Below are positions 1 through 7,584 of a DNA stretch of 64,000 nucleotides, piece after piece. Source of the DNA: Escherichia phage vB_EcoP_PAS59; sequence record OQ921332.1. The stretch is one strand, 5' to 3'. The notes below the pieces were generated by a model. That model did no database searches, had not been told where the DNA came from, and worked only from the letters and a program-made list of their open reading frames with translations. Numbering within the stretch: position 1 is the stretch's first letter; every line of letters begins with the position of its first letter. The position numbers and the translations under genes were made by a program.

Positions 1-120
1 ATGTATATCTAACCAGTGAATACATACCCGTATTTCTCTTACTCATGTTGAGAAGGGATGAAAGGCTAGACTCTGATGTACTGTACAGGCATACTGATAG
101 TGACTATAATAACTGACATA

Positions 121-201
121 ATAACCTATGATAACTAATGATAACCTATGTAAACTATATCAATCCTCACACTACCCCAAGTTTAATAGTGATAACCTAT
201 G
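121..201. repeat. Direct repeat array ATAACCTATG x3 (121, 141, 192) plus variant ATAACTAATG (131)
   Basis: Exact 10-mers read directly in the non-coding left end; no ORF here. Confidence 0.8.
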
Positions 202-398
202 TTAATGTTTCATGAGTGGATTATTGATGTATGTATCATTAGACTGGTATTAGTTTCTTTTATCATTCTTTTAGGTCTGTTTCTTTTTCAGCGTGTCTTT
301 ATTCTTTTTCTTTTAGTTGTTTGAGTAAATTATTTGACTGGTAATTTACTACCGCATGGTCTGACCTGTTACCTGTAACTAACTTACATTATACCCTA

Positions 399-492
399 CC
401 CGTTTCCCCTTCCCCGTTAGGCTTCTTACCCATTGGCTAACCTATGCGGCACGTCTTACCCATCTATCTATCCCGTTGGTCTGCTACCCGTT
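399..492. repeat. Short-motif array: CCCGTT x4 (399, 413, 472, 487) interleaved with CTTACCCAT x2 (425, 455)
   Basis: Exact motifs read directly; non-coding; candidate protein-binding (packaging/replication) sites. Confidence 0.75.
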
Positions 493-608
493 CTGTAAGT
501 GTTATAAAATTGTAAGCTGTATCTCTGAACAAGAAAGTTTAGTAAATTAAATTCTCTTTATATTCAGTGAGTTAGGATTATAAATCTAGATAGTTTGAAA
601 ATAAGTGG

Positions 609-636
609 TTGACATGTTTTTCCTTTAATGTATAGT
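609..636 (+). promoter_or_regulatory. Promoter: TTGACA-16 nt-TATAGT; also contains the 9-mer TAATGTATA (626-634)
   Basis: Consensus -35 at 609-614, -10 at 631-636, about 135 nt upstream of the first gene. Confidence 0.6.
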
Positions 637-770
637 TGCAATCGTAGTTTGAATTATCGTTAATGAAGCAGTGATGTAAAGTAGTTAGCGGTGATAGTGA
701 GCAGTGAAGGTTGATCAGCCTAAGTAACTACACACGACAAACAATCTTTCATTTATCAGGAGTAGTAATA

Positions 771-1271
771 ATGGCTATCAAAGCAATGCAGGCTATCAAT
801 CTAGCGTCCTATGCACTGGTTGCAGCTATCGGTGTTAGTGCTATCGCTACCAATGTTCAGGCTAAAGATGATAAAGTGTTATCCGCTCCTACAGGTCTGC
901 AATCCTTTGTTAGCACGTTTAAGAATGCTCCTGATATGACTTGTCGTGACGTTGGTAGTGATGGTAATGATGCCTTCTGGCGTGTACACTTCAATGAAGT
1001 CACTACCGCTAATGTGCGTGTCACTCTTACCCCATTGGGCGAGAAATCTGGCACTCAGTCAGTCATTAAATTGAAACGTGCTGATAGTGATCATGACATG
1101 GTTACTTATTCTCTATATCAGAAGGTTGAGAAAGAAAAATTACAGTTTGTAACTAATCTCGTTAGTTATGGTGATGTGAGTGAAACCGTACTCGCTACTA
1201 CTGCATATCATGACGGTGTAGCAGTTTATACAACCTTTATTAACTTTGCTAATTGTGATATTGTTCAATGA
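771..1271 (+). CDS. Exported early protein (signal peptide), unknown function
   Basis: Frame of ORF 711..1271; ATG 771 follows AGGAG (758-762); N-terminus MAIKAMQAINLASYALVAAIGVSAIATNVQA/KD looks like a Sec signal with an AxA site. Confidence 0.75.
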   Translation: MAIKAMQAINLASYALVAAIGVSAIATNVQAKDDKVLSAPTGLQSFVSTFKNAPDMTCRDVGSDGNDAFWRVHFNEVTTANVRVTLTPLGEKSGTQSVIKLKRADSDHDMVTYSLYQKVEKEKLQFVTNLVSYGDVSETVLATTAYHDGVAVYTTFINFANCDIVQ

Positions 1272-1364
1272 ATATGGTTTACCCTTTCTTGTTCTTTCTT
1301 GCAATCTTATTGTATGTTCGTAGTTGTATAGCCCTTGTTTCTCAAGCTATTAAGGATTAAACTA

Positions 1365-1613
1365 ATGAATGAGTCATACGCAACCGTAATAAATGCCTAT
1401 ATGTGCATTCAGCATGGTGATTTGGTTATCAGTGGTAAATATGGCCTTGTACTGATTCCTATCCGTGCTTTGGCTTCCTTGTCTTCAGCACATGCACGCA
1501 TGACTATTGCCCGATTGTCCGGCCTTGATCCGATGACCGCTAGCGAGTATCGCGATTTGCTGGTTAAGTCTGGTTTATCGCTGGAAGAACTGTTAACCGT
1601 CGAGGATAATTAA
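1365..1613 (+). CDS. Hypothetical early protein
   Basis: ORF 1335..1613; internal ATG 1365 after TAAGGA. Confidence 0.55.
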   Translation: MNESYATVINAYMCIQHGDLVISGKYGLVLIPIRALASLSSAHARMTIARLSGLDPMTASEYRDLLVKSGLSLEELLTVEDN

Positions 1614-1615
1614 CG

Positions 1616-1888
1616 ATGGAAACTATTGCCATTATTGAAACACATAATTACGGCGTAGGCATTACACTGAATTATGACGCTATGGCTGACGTTGGTAATT
1701 TGTTATTGATCACCCCTAGCGATATGAAAATTATTGCCTTCACTGGTATTATGCTTATTGGTGCGGATTATCTTGAGCTGGCCCAATTCTTTGCCCGTAA
1801 TGGCCTACTATTGGACGTTGACGAGGTGCAAGCCATTTGTGAAACCTTTGATGACTATCTAGATAAGGTTGTAAGTGGTGATTCATAA
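1616..1888 (+). CDS. Hypothetical early protein
   Basis: ORF abuts the previous stop (coupled). Confidence 0.6.
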   Translation: METIAIIETHNYGVGITLNYDAMADVGNLLLITPSDMKIIAFTGIMLIGADYLELAQFFARNGLLLDVDEVQAICETFDDYLDKVVSGDS

Positions 1889-1980
1889 ATACTTCTTGCA
1901 TTGCCTGTTAGTAATTAGTATCATGTTATTTATCTATGACGTGATTTCTTATGTTGTTCGTTCCTTCTAAGGCTTGAATT

Positions 1981-2307
1981 ATGAAAATTAAATTAGCTGT
2001 ATGTGCTGCCTTGTTCGCTGTTTCTTCCGTGTCACATGCTGCCGTATTCAACGAGGCCAGTTTAGATGGTCTGCAATGCACCTATCTAATGGAAAACTAC
2101 GACACTGGCAAGAAGTCCAGCAAGGCAATATTGATTGACCTGAACGACTACGACAGCAAGATAGTTGATAGTAAGTCTGCAATGCTGGTCAATCAGACAA
2201 CAGGCAAGCAAATCACCATTGATCACATGATGCGATCTAGCATGACGTTGTTCGATGAGTCGATGAATGAAATAGCATCAGGTAACGGCACTTGCACCAA
2301 TCCGTAA
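1981..2307 (+). CDS. Exported early protein (signal peptide), unknown function
   Basis: MKIKLAVCAALFAVSSVSHA/AV signal peptide; followed by a terminator. Confidence 0.75.
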   Translation: MKIKLAVCAALFAVSSVSHAAVFNEASLDGLQCTYLMENYDTGKKSSKAILIDLNDYDSKIVDSKSAMLVNQTTGKQITIDHMMRSSMTLFDESMNEIASGNGTCTNP

Positions 2308-2327
2308 CTAATCCGTAAGACTCTCTA

Positions 2328-2352
2328 AGCGCCCTTTTGAGGCGCTTTTTTC
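2328..2352 (+). terminator. Rho-independent terminator
   Basis: GCGCC-CTTTTGA-GGCGC followed by TTTTTTC. Confidence 0.8.
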
Positions 2353-2513
2353 ATTTCTAAGGTGATTGCACATCTTGCCCCTGTTTAGCTCGTTAGGATG
2401 CTTCCTATGTGCCTAGATTTCGATTATAGGGCTTGTTTTCTTCCTCCCTTGATGTTATTCGTGTGTGCGTTCCTTTATGCCTAAAAGAAAGTGAAATTAT
2501 TTTAGAAAAAGAC

Positions 2514-2541
2514 TTGCAACGGTTTTAGGATAGTGTATATT
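2514..2541 (+). promoter_or_regulatory. Promoter P0: TTGCAA-16 nt-TATATT
   Basis: Sigma70-like hexamers; also TAGTGTATA (2531-2539), one mismatch from the TAATGTATA 9-mer. Confidence 0.5.
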
Positions 2542-2581
2542 GAATCTTGTCAGGACGTGATGCAGTAAGTTACCTCCTGAT

Positions 2582-2612
2582 AGGCTAGATTCTTAGCCTT
2601 GCTCTTTAATAA
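2582..2612 (+). promoter_or_regulatory. Hairpin (AGGCTA/TAGCCT) followed by boxA-like TGCTCTTTAATAA (2600-2612)
   Basis: 12/13 match to E. coli rrn boxA TGCTCTTTAACAA; hairpin-then-boxA order as in rrn leaders. Confidence 0.6.
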
Positions 2613-2666
2613 TTCGATTAGTGTATCTTGATAAACTCCCAACCATGCCATAATGAGGATTTATCA

Positions 2667-2867
2667 ATGAACGTGTATACCTTCTCAAGCAAAGACACGC
2701 AAATCACTTGCACTAGCATTAACGTTACTAACATGATTATGAGAATAGTCGGTAGTACATTACAGCAGGCAAAAGAGATGGTAGCCGATGCCGATAAAGG
2801 CAAAGCTATTGCGGTGTTATCGCTGGTAAGTACGGATAAAGATTTAACCTTTAAACGTATGAACTAA
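2667..2867 (+). CDS. Hypothetical early protein (66 aa)
   Basis: ORF 2628..2867; ATG 2667 after GAGGA. Confidence 0.55.
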   Translation: MNVYTFSSKDTQITCTSINVTNMIMRIVGSTLQQAKEMVADADKGKAIAVLSLVSTDKDLTFKRMN

Positions 2868-2929
2868 GGTAAGGTTAGCGGCCTTAACGGTCGCTAGTTT
2901 ATCAAGATGCATTAATCGAAAAATAGTTG

Positions 2930-2957
2930 TTGACACATCGAATCATTATGATAAGAT
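2930..2957 (+). promoter_or_regulatory. Promoter P1: TTGACA-16 nt-TAAGAT with extended -10 TG; A-tract upstream
   Basis: TTGACA 2930-2935; TGaTAAGAT 2949-2957. Confidence 0.7.
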
Positions 2958-2989
2958 GTTCACACGGTCAGCGATGACATAAAACATCC

Positions 2990-3022
2990 GGCACTTAGTG
3001 CCCCGCTCTTTAACAATTTATC
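2990..3022 (+). promoter_or_regulatory. Hairpin GGCAC-TTA-GTGCC followed by boxA CGCTCTTTAACAA (3004-3016)
   Basis: 12/13 match to rrn boxA; GCTCTTTAACAATTTATC (3005-3022) matches the E. coli rrn leader as I remember it. Confidence 0.7.
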
Positions 3023-3089
3023 GTCTTGCCCTTTCGCAAAGATTCACGCGAGATAAGGGAAGAGAATAAAAAGAAGACGATAAAAAGAG

Positions 3090-3117
3090 TTGACAAGGTG
3101 AAACGTTCTGATAGAAT
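3090..3117 (+). promoter_or_regulatory. Promoter P2: TTGACA-16 nt-TAGAAT with extended -10 TG
   Basis: TTGACA 3090-3095; TGaTAGAAT 3109-3117; A-tract upstream. Confidence 0.7.
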
Positions 3118-3140
3118 GTTCACTAAGCAGTAAGAAACAC

Positions 3141-3153
3141 CGCTCTTTAAAAA
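3141..3153 (+). promoter_or_regulatory. boxA variant CGCTCTTTAAAAA
   Basis: About 17 nt downstream of the predicted P2 start; 11/13 match to rrn boxA. Confidence 0.5.
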
Positions 3154-3256
3154 TATGAATCAGAAAGTTAAGCGCAACCGCTTACAATCTTGTTAATCCA
3201 ATGCGTGATTAACTGGTCATTCGAAAGAATAGACGAGAAAAAGATTAAAAAAGTGG

Positions 3257-3285
3257 TTGACACGCTAAACAGGATGATTCATAAT
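3257..3285 (+). promoter_or_regulatory. Promoter P3: TTGACA-17 nt-CATAAT
   Basis: TTGACA 3257-3262; CATAAT 3280-3285; A-rich upstream. Confidence 0.65.
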
Positions 3286-3338
3286 GAGCACTCACTAGAC
3301 AACTAGTGAAACGCGAAACCACGGCGAACGGTGGCGGG

Positions 3339-3379
3339 AGGTGAGAAAGCACCTCGATAGATTTACCGCTCTTTAACAA
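3339..3379 (+). promoter_or_regulatory. Hairpin AGGTG-AGAAAG-CACCT followed by boxA CGCTCTTTAACAA (3367-3379)
   Basis: 18-mer CCGCTCTTTAACAATTTA is identical to the copy at 3003-3020. Confidence 0.7.
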
Positions 3380-3439
3380 TTTAAACTTCTTCCTATATCG
3401 GTTGAACATGGCGAGCAATAATAACCATTGCAAGCTATG

Positions 3440-4185
3440 CCAGATAAAACGATGTAAGGCGCTCTAAAATATCAGAGGAAACCGCTTTATAATCCCTTAC
3501 TGGAAACGACACCACTGATAAATGAAGTTATTGAGTACATGCAAGGCTTAAGCTAATCGCCTACGGTTAAAGGGTAGCGGCGGCGGTGCTAGTAAAGTGC
3601 TACAATAATAGACGTTTATCGGGGTAGTCAAGTCCGACGAATTAACGCTCAATAGCGAGCGGCGGGAGGGGGTTAAAGAGTAGCAAATTGCTATTTAACA
3701 ATAAGGTTTAAGCGTGAGTATTTACTAAGTGAGTGTTTTGATACACATCAATAGCGATGTGAGTACATAAACATGTAGTGTAGTAAATCGTGAGAGAGAT
3801 AATCAAACGCCAAAGTATCAGGCGGTCAATGACTCTTTACCATATGCTTTCCCTTAGTAGGCGATAAGCAGGTTTAGAGAGTTGATATAAAAGGGTATCA
3901 CGAAGCGAAAGCAAAGTAGATAGTAATGCCATCGGCTAGAAATTTAGCTAATTAGAGATGGACGCGCTTGCCTTATTGTGATGATTGATCATCGCTGGCA
4001 AATCGGCTTTGTTTATAGCGATTAGTTGAATCCACCAGATGAAACATCACGGCAAGTTAGGCGGCAAGGTTAACTCCTGATAAGACCGCCTGATTTACCA
4101 CTGGTTACTAATGGTTAGTGATTAGTGTTAAGTCATAGTGACTTGAATAGCCCATAGAGGGCGGCGCATAGTGCGTTTATAATTG
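3440..4185 (+). ncRNA. Long untranslated leader or non-coding RNA (~750 nt) downstream of the promoter/boxA array
   Basis: No ORF of 60 aa or more on the + strand; internal repeats (3565-3610 vs 3671-3706); 11-nt long-range complement 3817-3827 / 4084-4094. Confidence 0.45.
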
Positions 4186-4198
4186 AAAGGTGAATATC

Positions 4199-5101
4199 AT
4201 GGCTAAAGTTTTTAATCTGGTTAACGAATCCGGCTTTAATGCACTGGCAAACAACATTCGTAGCAATAACGCGGCGATCAAACAAGATGTTTCTAACTTC
4301 CTGTTAGGGCATTTGCAGCACTTCCGCACCAACGGTAAGAAACTGGATGTATTGCAGGCGGCGGTTGATTTCTTGTTAACTGAACGTTATCGTGACTTAG
4401 ATGTGATTGCGGTTGCCATCTCTTTCTTAACTCCTATCAAATATAACACTGACGGGGCGAACGGTAAGAAGAAATGGATTAATCTGGAAGGTGAAGCGAA
4501 AGCTAAAGAAGATGCTAAACCGGAACAGGTTAAATCTAAAATGGAACAAAACCGCGCCCGCTGGTCGAATTCCTTTGAACGCTTTGCTAAAGGTGAAGAC
4601 GTGCAGGTTGATAACCCAGCATTCTACAAAGGTTGCAATGACAACGTTCCGGTAGCAAACCAGATCAACCAGAAGGTTAACGAAAACTTTAATCAGGATA
4701 TTTATGCACTGGTTGACCGTCTGGCTGCAATCCGTATTGAAGCGGCATTACTAGCAGATGAACGCAATGGCGCATCTTCTGATAACACTATCGCATTGAG
4801 TGAAGAAGTCGGCAAAGTTAAGAAAACTTTCGATTCACTCCTTAAGAAAGTGACCGCATCAACTGTATCTATCAGCGATGACTACCTGATTAATGCCTCG
4901 ACTAAAGAGCTTGAATCTCTGGACTCATACGCTGATGAAATGGAAAAAGCGATCAACGAAATGACTGAAAAATTGTCTAACCTTCGTGGTCGCATCTCAA
5001 ATGCTTCAACTATCAAAGCGAACGAGAAAGCTGCGCAGGAAGAAGAAGAAGTGTTGCGCAAAGCTGCCGAAATCATGGCAGCACGCCAACAAGCTGCATA
5101 A
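4199..5101 (+). CDS. Early protein (300 aa), C-terminal coiled-coil, unknown function
   Basis: ORF 4190..5101; ATG 4199 after AAAGGTGA; strong terminator follows. Confidence 0.8.
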   Translation: MAKVFNLVNESGFNALANNIRSNNAAIKQDVSNFLLGHLQHFRTNGKKLDVLQAAVDFLLTERYRDLDVIAVAISFLTPIKYNTDGANGKKKWINLEGEAKAKEDAKPEQVKSKMEQNRARWSNSFERFAKGEDVQVDNPAFYKGCNDNVPVANQINQKVNENFNQDIYALVDRLAAIRIEAALLADERNGASSDNTIALSEEVGKVKKTFDSLLKKVTASTVSISDDYLINASTKELESLDSYADEMEKAINEMTEKLSNLRGRISNASTIKANEKAAQEEEEVLRKAAEIMAARQQAA

Positions 5102-5119
5102 CCTATAATAAAACACATG

Positions 5120-5154
5120 AGGCGCTATTCGAAAGGGTAGCGCCTTTTTCTTTT
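5120..5154 (+). terminator. Rho-independent terminator
   Basis: GGCGCTA-N10-TAGCGCC followed by TTTTTCTTTT. Confidence 0.8.
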
Positions 5155-5208
5155 ACTAGTGCATTGATTCAGTGTGCTAATCAAAGAAACTAAAAAGAGA
5201 TAAACACC

Positions 5209-5433
5209 ATGCCAAAACTGAAAACAGAAGTTAAGATGTATCGTAACATTCTCAACAACATGACCTATCGTAAAACCGATAAATACGGAATCGAATGCAA
5301 ATGCATTCTTACTGGCAAGTGGTATCCGTCGCCGATTCAAGAACAAGCATTGATTGAAAACTCTGTTACTTACACTATCACGCAGGAAACTAAGCTAGGC
5401 CGATTCCTTCGTAAGCTGGGGTTACGCAAATGA
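5209..5433 (+). CDS. Hypothetical protein
   Basis: ORF with ATG; overlaps the next start (ATGA coupling). Confidence 0.6.
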   Translation: MPKLKTEVKMYRNILNNMTYRKTDKYGIECKCILTGKWYPSPIQEQALIENSVTYTITQETKLGRFLRKLGLRK

Positions 5434-5651
5434 TCTTAACTCAATCCCATTTGTGCCCTATCTGTAAGAAAGCACGTGCTAACAATAACCATCGCAAGTG
5501 TAGTAGAATCTTACAGCGTCGTCGTAATGATGCCGAGATGGATAAGATTCGAAAGAATCAGTATGAGCACGAAAGAAAACAAGCGGCGATTAGTGCATCT
5601 TCTGTAATGTATCGTCGTGTAAGAGCACTCCAATATAAAGAGGTTGTTTAA
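5430..5651 (+). CDS. Hypothetical basic protein with a CPICK...C motif
   Basis: ORF, coupled to its neighbours. Confidence 0.6.
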   Translation: MILTQSHLCPICKKARANNNHRKCSRILQRRRNDAEMDKIRKNQYEHERKQAAISASSVMYRRVRALQYKEVV

Positions 5652-5861
5652 ATGACTAGTTTAAGCACGTTAGAGAAGAAAGCGACTCGACTGCTAGGAC
5701 GTCGTGTCCGCTACCACTACCTGAATAAAGGTAAGGCATTAACTGGACGTATTACCACGGTATCAAGTCGCTGCGGTAAACTAATCTCCGTAAGTGTTCT
5801 CTTTGATGGCGAACGTGTAGCAATTACACGTAGTTGGAAATCGTTTAGTTTAATTGATTAA
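5652..5861 (+). CDS. Hypothetical protein
   Basis: ORF starts 1 nt after the previous stop. Confidence 0.6.
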   Translation: MTSLSTLEKKATRLLGRRVRYHYLNKGKALTGRITTVSSRCGKLISVSVLFDGERVAITRSWKSFSLID

Positions 5862-5931
5862 GTTATTTGGTTAAGCCTTGCTATGTGGTAAGGCTTGCAC
5901 GATATAATTTATCAGCGAAAGGAATAAAGCA

Positions 5932-6375
5932 ATGGCTAAATCTAAAATCAGCATGAAAGGCGGACGAGTGTTCTCTATGAGTGAGCTGGAAAAAGAAAAG
6001 CCAGCCGCTGTTAGTCATATTAGCAAACGTAGCCTTAAACGAAGAGCTATGAAACAGGCCGCTCAAGCACATAAAGAATCACCTGTACCAAAGGTGCTAG
6101 GTCGTCGTGTTCATCGTGCTGATGCGCTTCTTCTTGCTGATCACAAGCGTTCCTTGTTAACCAACGGGGCAGCAAAAACAGAACAAGAAAAACGTTTAGA
6201 AATCTTTTGTAATGGTCGCACTAAAGGTAAGCAGAAGAATAAAGGTAGCACTAAGCCACCGAAAGCATTTCCTACTACTAGTCAATGTGCACCGGATGTT
6301 TTCTACGCTGACAGTAAACACAAGTGGGGAGTTGAAAAATATATTGACCCAATCAAAACAGCAAGAGTTAAGTAA
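5932..6375 (+). CDS. Hypothetical highly basic protein
   Basis: ORF; GGAATAAAGCA precedes the ATG; Lys/Arg-rich. Confidence 0.6.
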   Translation: MAKSKISMKGGRVFSMSELEKEKPAAVSHISKRSLKRRAMKQAAQAHKESPVPKVLGRRVHRADALLLADHKRSLLTNGAAKTEQEKRLEIFCNGRTKGKQKNKGSTKPPKAFPTTSQCAPDVFYADSKHKWGVEKYIDPIKTARVK

Positions 6376-6405
6376 GCCCCTTCTGTACCAGTGGTCAACT
6401 ACTAT

Positions 6406-6430
6406 GACGCTCTTCTTGAGCGTCTTTTGT
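6406..6430 (+). terminator. Rho-independent terminator T1
   Basis: GACGCTC-TTCTT-GAGCGTC followed by TTTTGT. Confidence 0.75.
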
Positions 6431-6432
6431 CT

Positions 6433-6453
6433 GCCGCCTCTGTGCGGCTTTTT
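6433..6453 (+). terminator. Rho-independent terminator T2
   Basis: GCCGC-CTCTGT-GCGGC followed by TTTTT. Confidence 0.75.
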
Positions 6454-6532
6454 GCGTAGCTAGTGATGCCTAAAGGGAACTCCCTTTGTGAATCATTGGC
6501 ATGGTTCAATCCCTATTGGATGGTCATTTGAC

Positions 6533-6558
6533 CGGGCCTTTAACGAGGCCGCTTTTTT
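6533..6558 (+). terminator. Rho-independent terminator T4 (short stem)
   Basis: GGCC-TTTAACGA-GGCC-GC followed by TTTTTT. Confidence 0.55.
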
Positions 6559-6612
6559 AAGAGTCTTTGCGAGGATTTTTAAATGAGTGAGGTCATGTTC
6601 ACTTTTCAGGTC

Positions 6613-6638
6613 GCCCCGTCTTCGGATGGGGCTTTTTT
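6613..6638 (+). terminator. Rho-independent terminator T5
   Basis: GCCCCGTC-TTCG-GATGGGGC followed by TTTTTT. Confidence 0.85.
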
Positions 6639-6690
6639 ATGCCCGTAAAACAGGGGGTAGTAAGTTCTGATAACGACAGCACAGCTACTT

Positions 6691-7077
6691 TTGACATTGA
6701 CTATTTATTATGAGGCAGGGAATCAGCCAACCGCTTGCAAAGCATTAGTAGCGGATACCGTAATAAACAGAATGTCACAACGAAAACTGACTGCCGAGCA
6801 GGTTATAAATCAACGAAACCAGTTCGAGTGGATACCCGTCCTATTAAAGAAGGAGAAACCTTTTAAGCGTTATGTAAAGCTGATTCGTGATGATAATCCT
6901 CTGACGAAGAAGTCAATCAGAGAGAGCGAGTGGCTTGCAAGGCGTGCACTGAAGAAAGGTTATGTGCCTTTGTACAGCGGTACATACTTTCAGAGTAAGA
7001 GCGAAGGGGTGCCAAAGTGGTATACCAATCCAATGTATTGTGGTGATTTAGTGTTCAATAATAGTGCCCGTGATTGA
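6691..7077 (+). CDS. SleB-like cell-wall hydrolase domain protein
   Basis: TTG start. TIYYEAGNQPTACKALVADTVINRM...QFEW resembles the Hydrolase_2/SleB signature (a.tiy.Ea....g..AVa.Vi.NR....qF). Confidence 0.5.
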   Translation: MTLTIYYEAGNQPTACKALVADTVINRMSQRKLTAEQVINQRNQFEWIPVLLKKEKPFKRYVKLIRDDNPLTKKSIRESEWLARRALKKGYVPLYSGTYFQSKSEGVPKWYTNPMYCGDLVFNNSARD

Positions 7078-7278
7078 TTCATAGGTGCCAAGATTGACAA
7101 ACTAAATTTCCTTATAAATCACACACTTATGATTTTCTCTGCAAAAAGTGGAAGTGATTTGGGACCAGAGGTAATGACTGTATATAGACCTCTGAAAATT
7201 ATTGATAGAAATTAAGTTTAGAAATAATAAATTCTAAATAACATTTCTTATAATATCTTACTTTAAGAGGATAAAGAT

Positions 7279-7584
7279 ATGACTTTAGAGGTTTATAGAT
7301 TCCTTCTCGTACTCACCGTAACGATTTCTGTTCTAGGATTTATTGCGTTAAGTAATAAGTCAGCAAGCTGGAAGCGTCGTTATGAGTTCCTTCTTAAGCA
7401 AGAGGAAGTCTTTAATGCTGATGTTCGTTCCAAACTGCTCAAGATGCAGGAGCAAATTGAAGCACGTAATGATCGTTTGGCTTCTTTGGGTTGGGAGATT
7501 AAACGTATTCAAGATCTCAACAAGCAACTCGCTGAAGAAATTAAACGCCAGAATGAGGAAACAGAGGATGCGCTCAAAGGTTAA
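7279..7584 (+). CDS. Membrane-anchored coiled-coil protein
   Basis: N-terminal TM segment VYRFLLVLTVTISVLGFIAL, then a heptad-like region; AGAGGA RBS. Confidence 0.65.
   Translation: MTLEVYRFLLVLTVTISVLGFIALSNKSASWKRRYEFLLKQEEVFNADVRSKLLKMQEQIEARNDRLASLGWEIKRIQDLNKQLAEEIKRQNEETEDALKG

Noticed and set aside
121-492. Possibility that the left-end repeats form a CRISPR array
   Set aside because: The repeats are only 6-10 nt, with irregular 0-50 nt spacing. There is no repeat-spacer periodicity and there are no cas genes.
6212-6463. 83-aa ORF overlapping the end of 5932-6375 and running through terminators T1 and T2
   Set aside because: Its C-terminal half is encoded by the terminator hairpins themselves, so it is more parsimoniously non-coding.
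7078-7278. Possible promoter in the AT-rich gap before 7279 (TTGACA at 7095; TATAAT at 7247; TAATGACTGTATA at about 7172)
   Set aside because: The hexamers are not at workable spacing from each other (13-15 nt, or more than 100 nt). The 9-mer-like sequence carries a 3-nt insertion. I could not support a specific promoter call.
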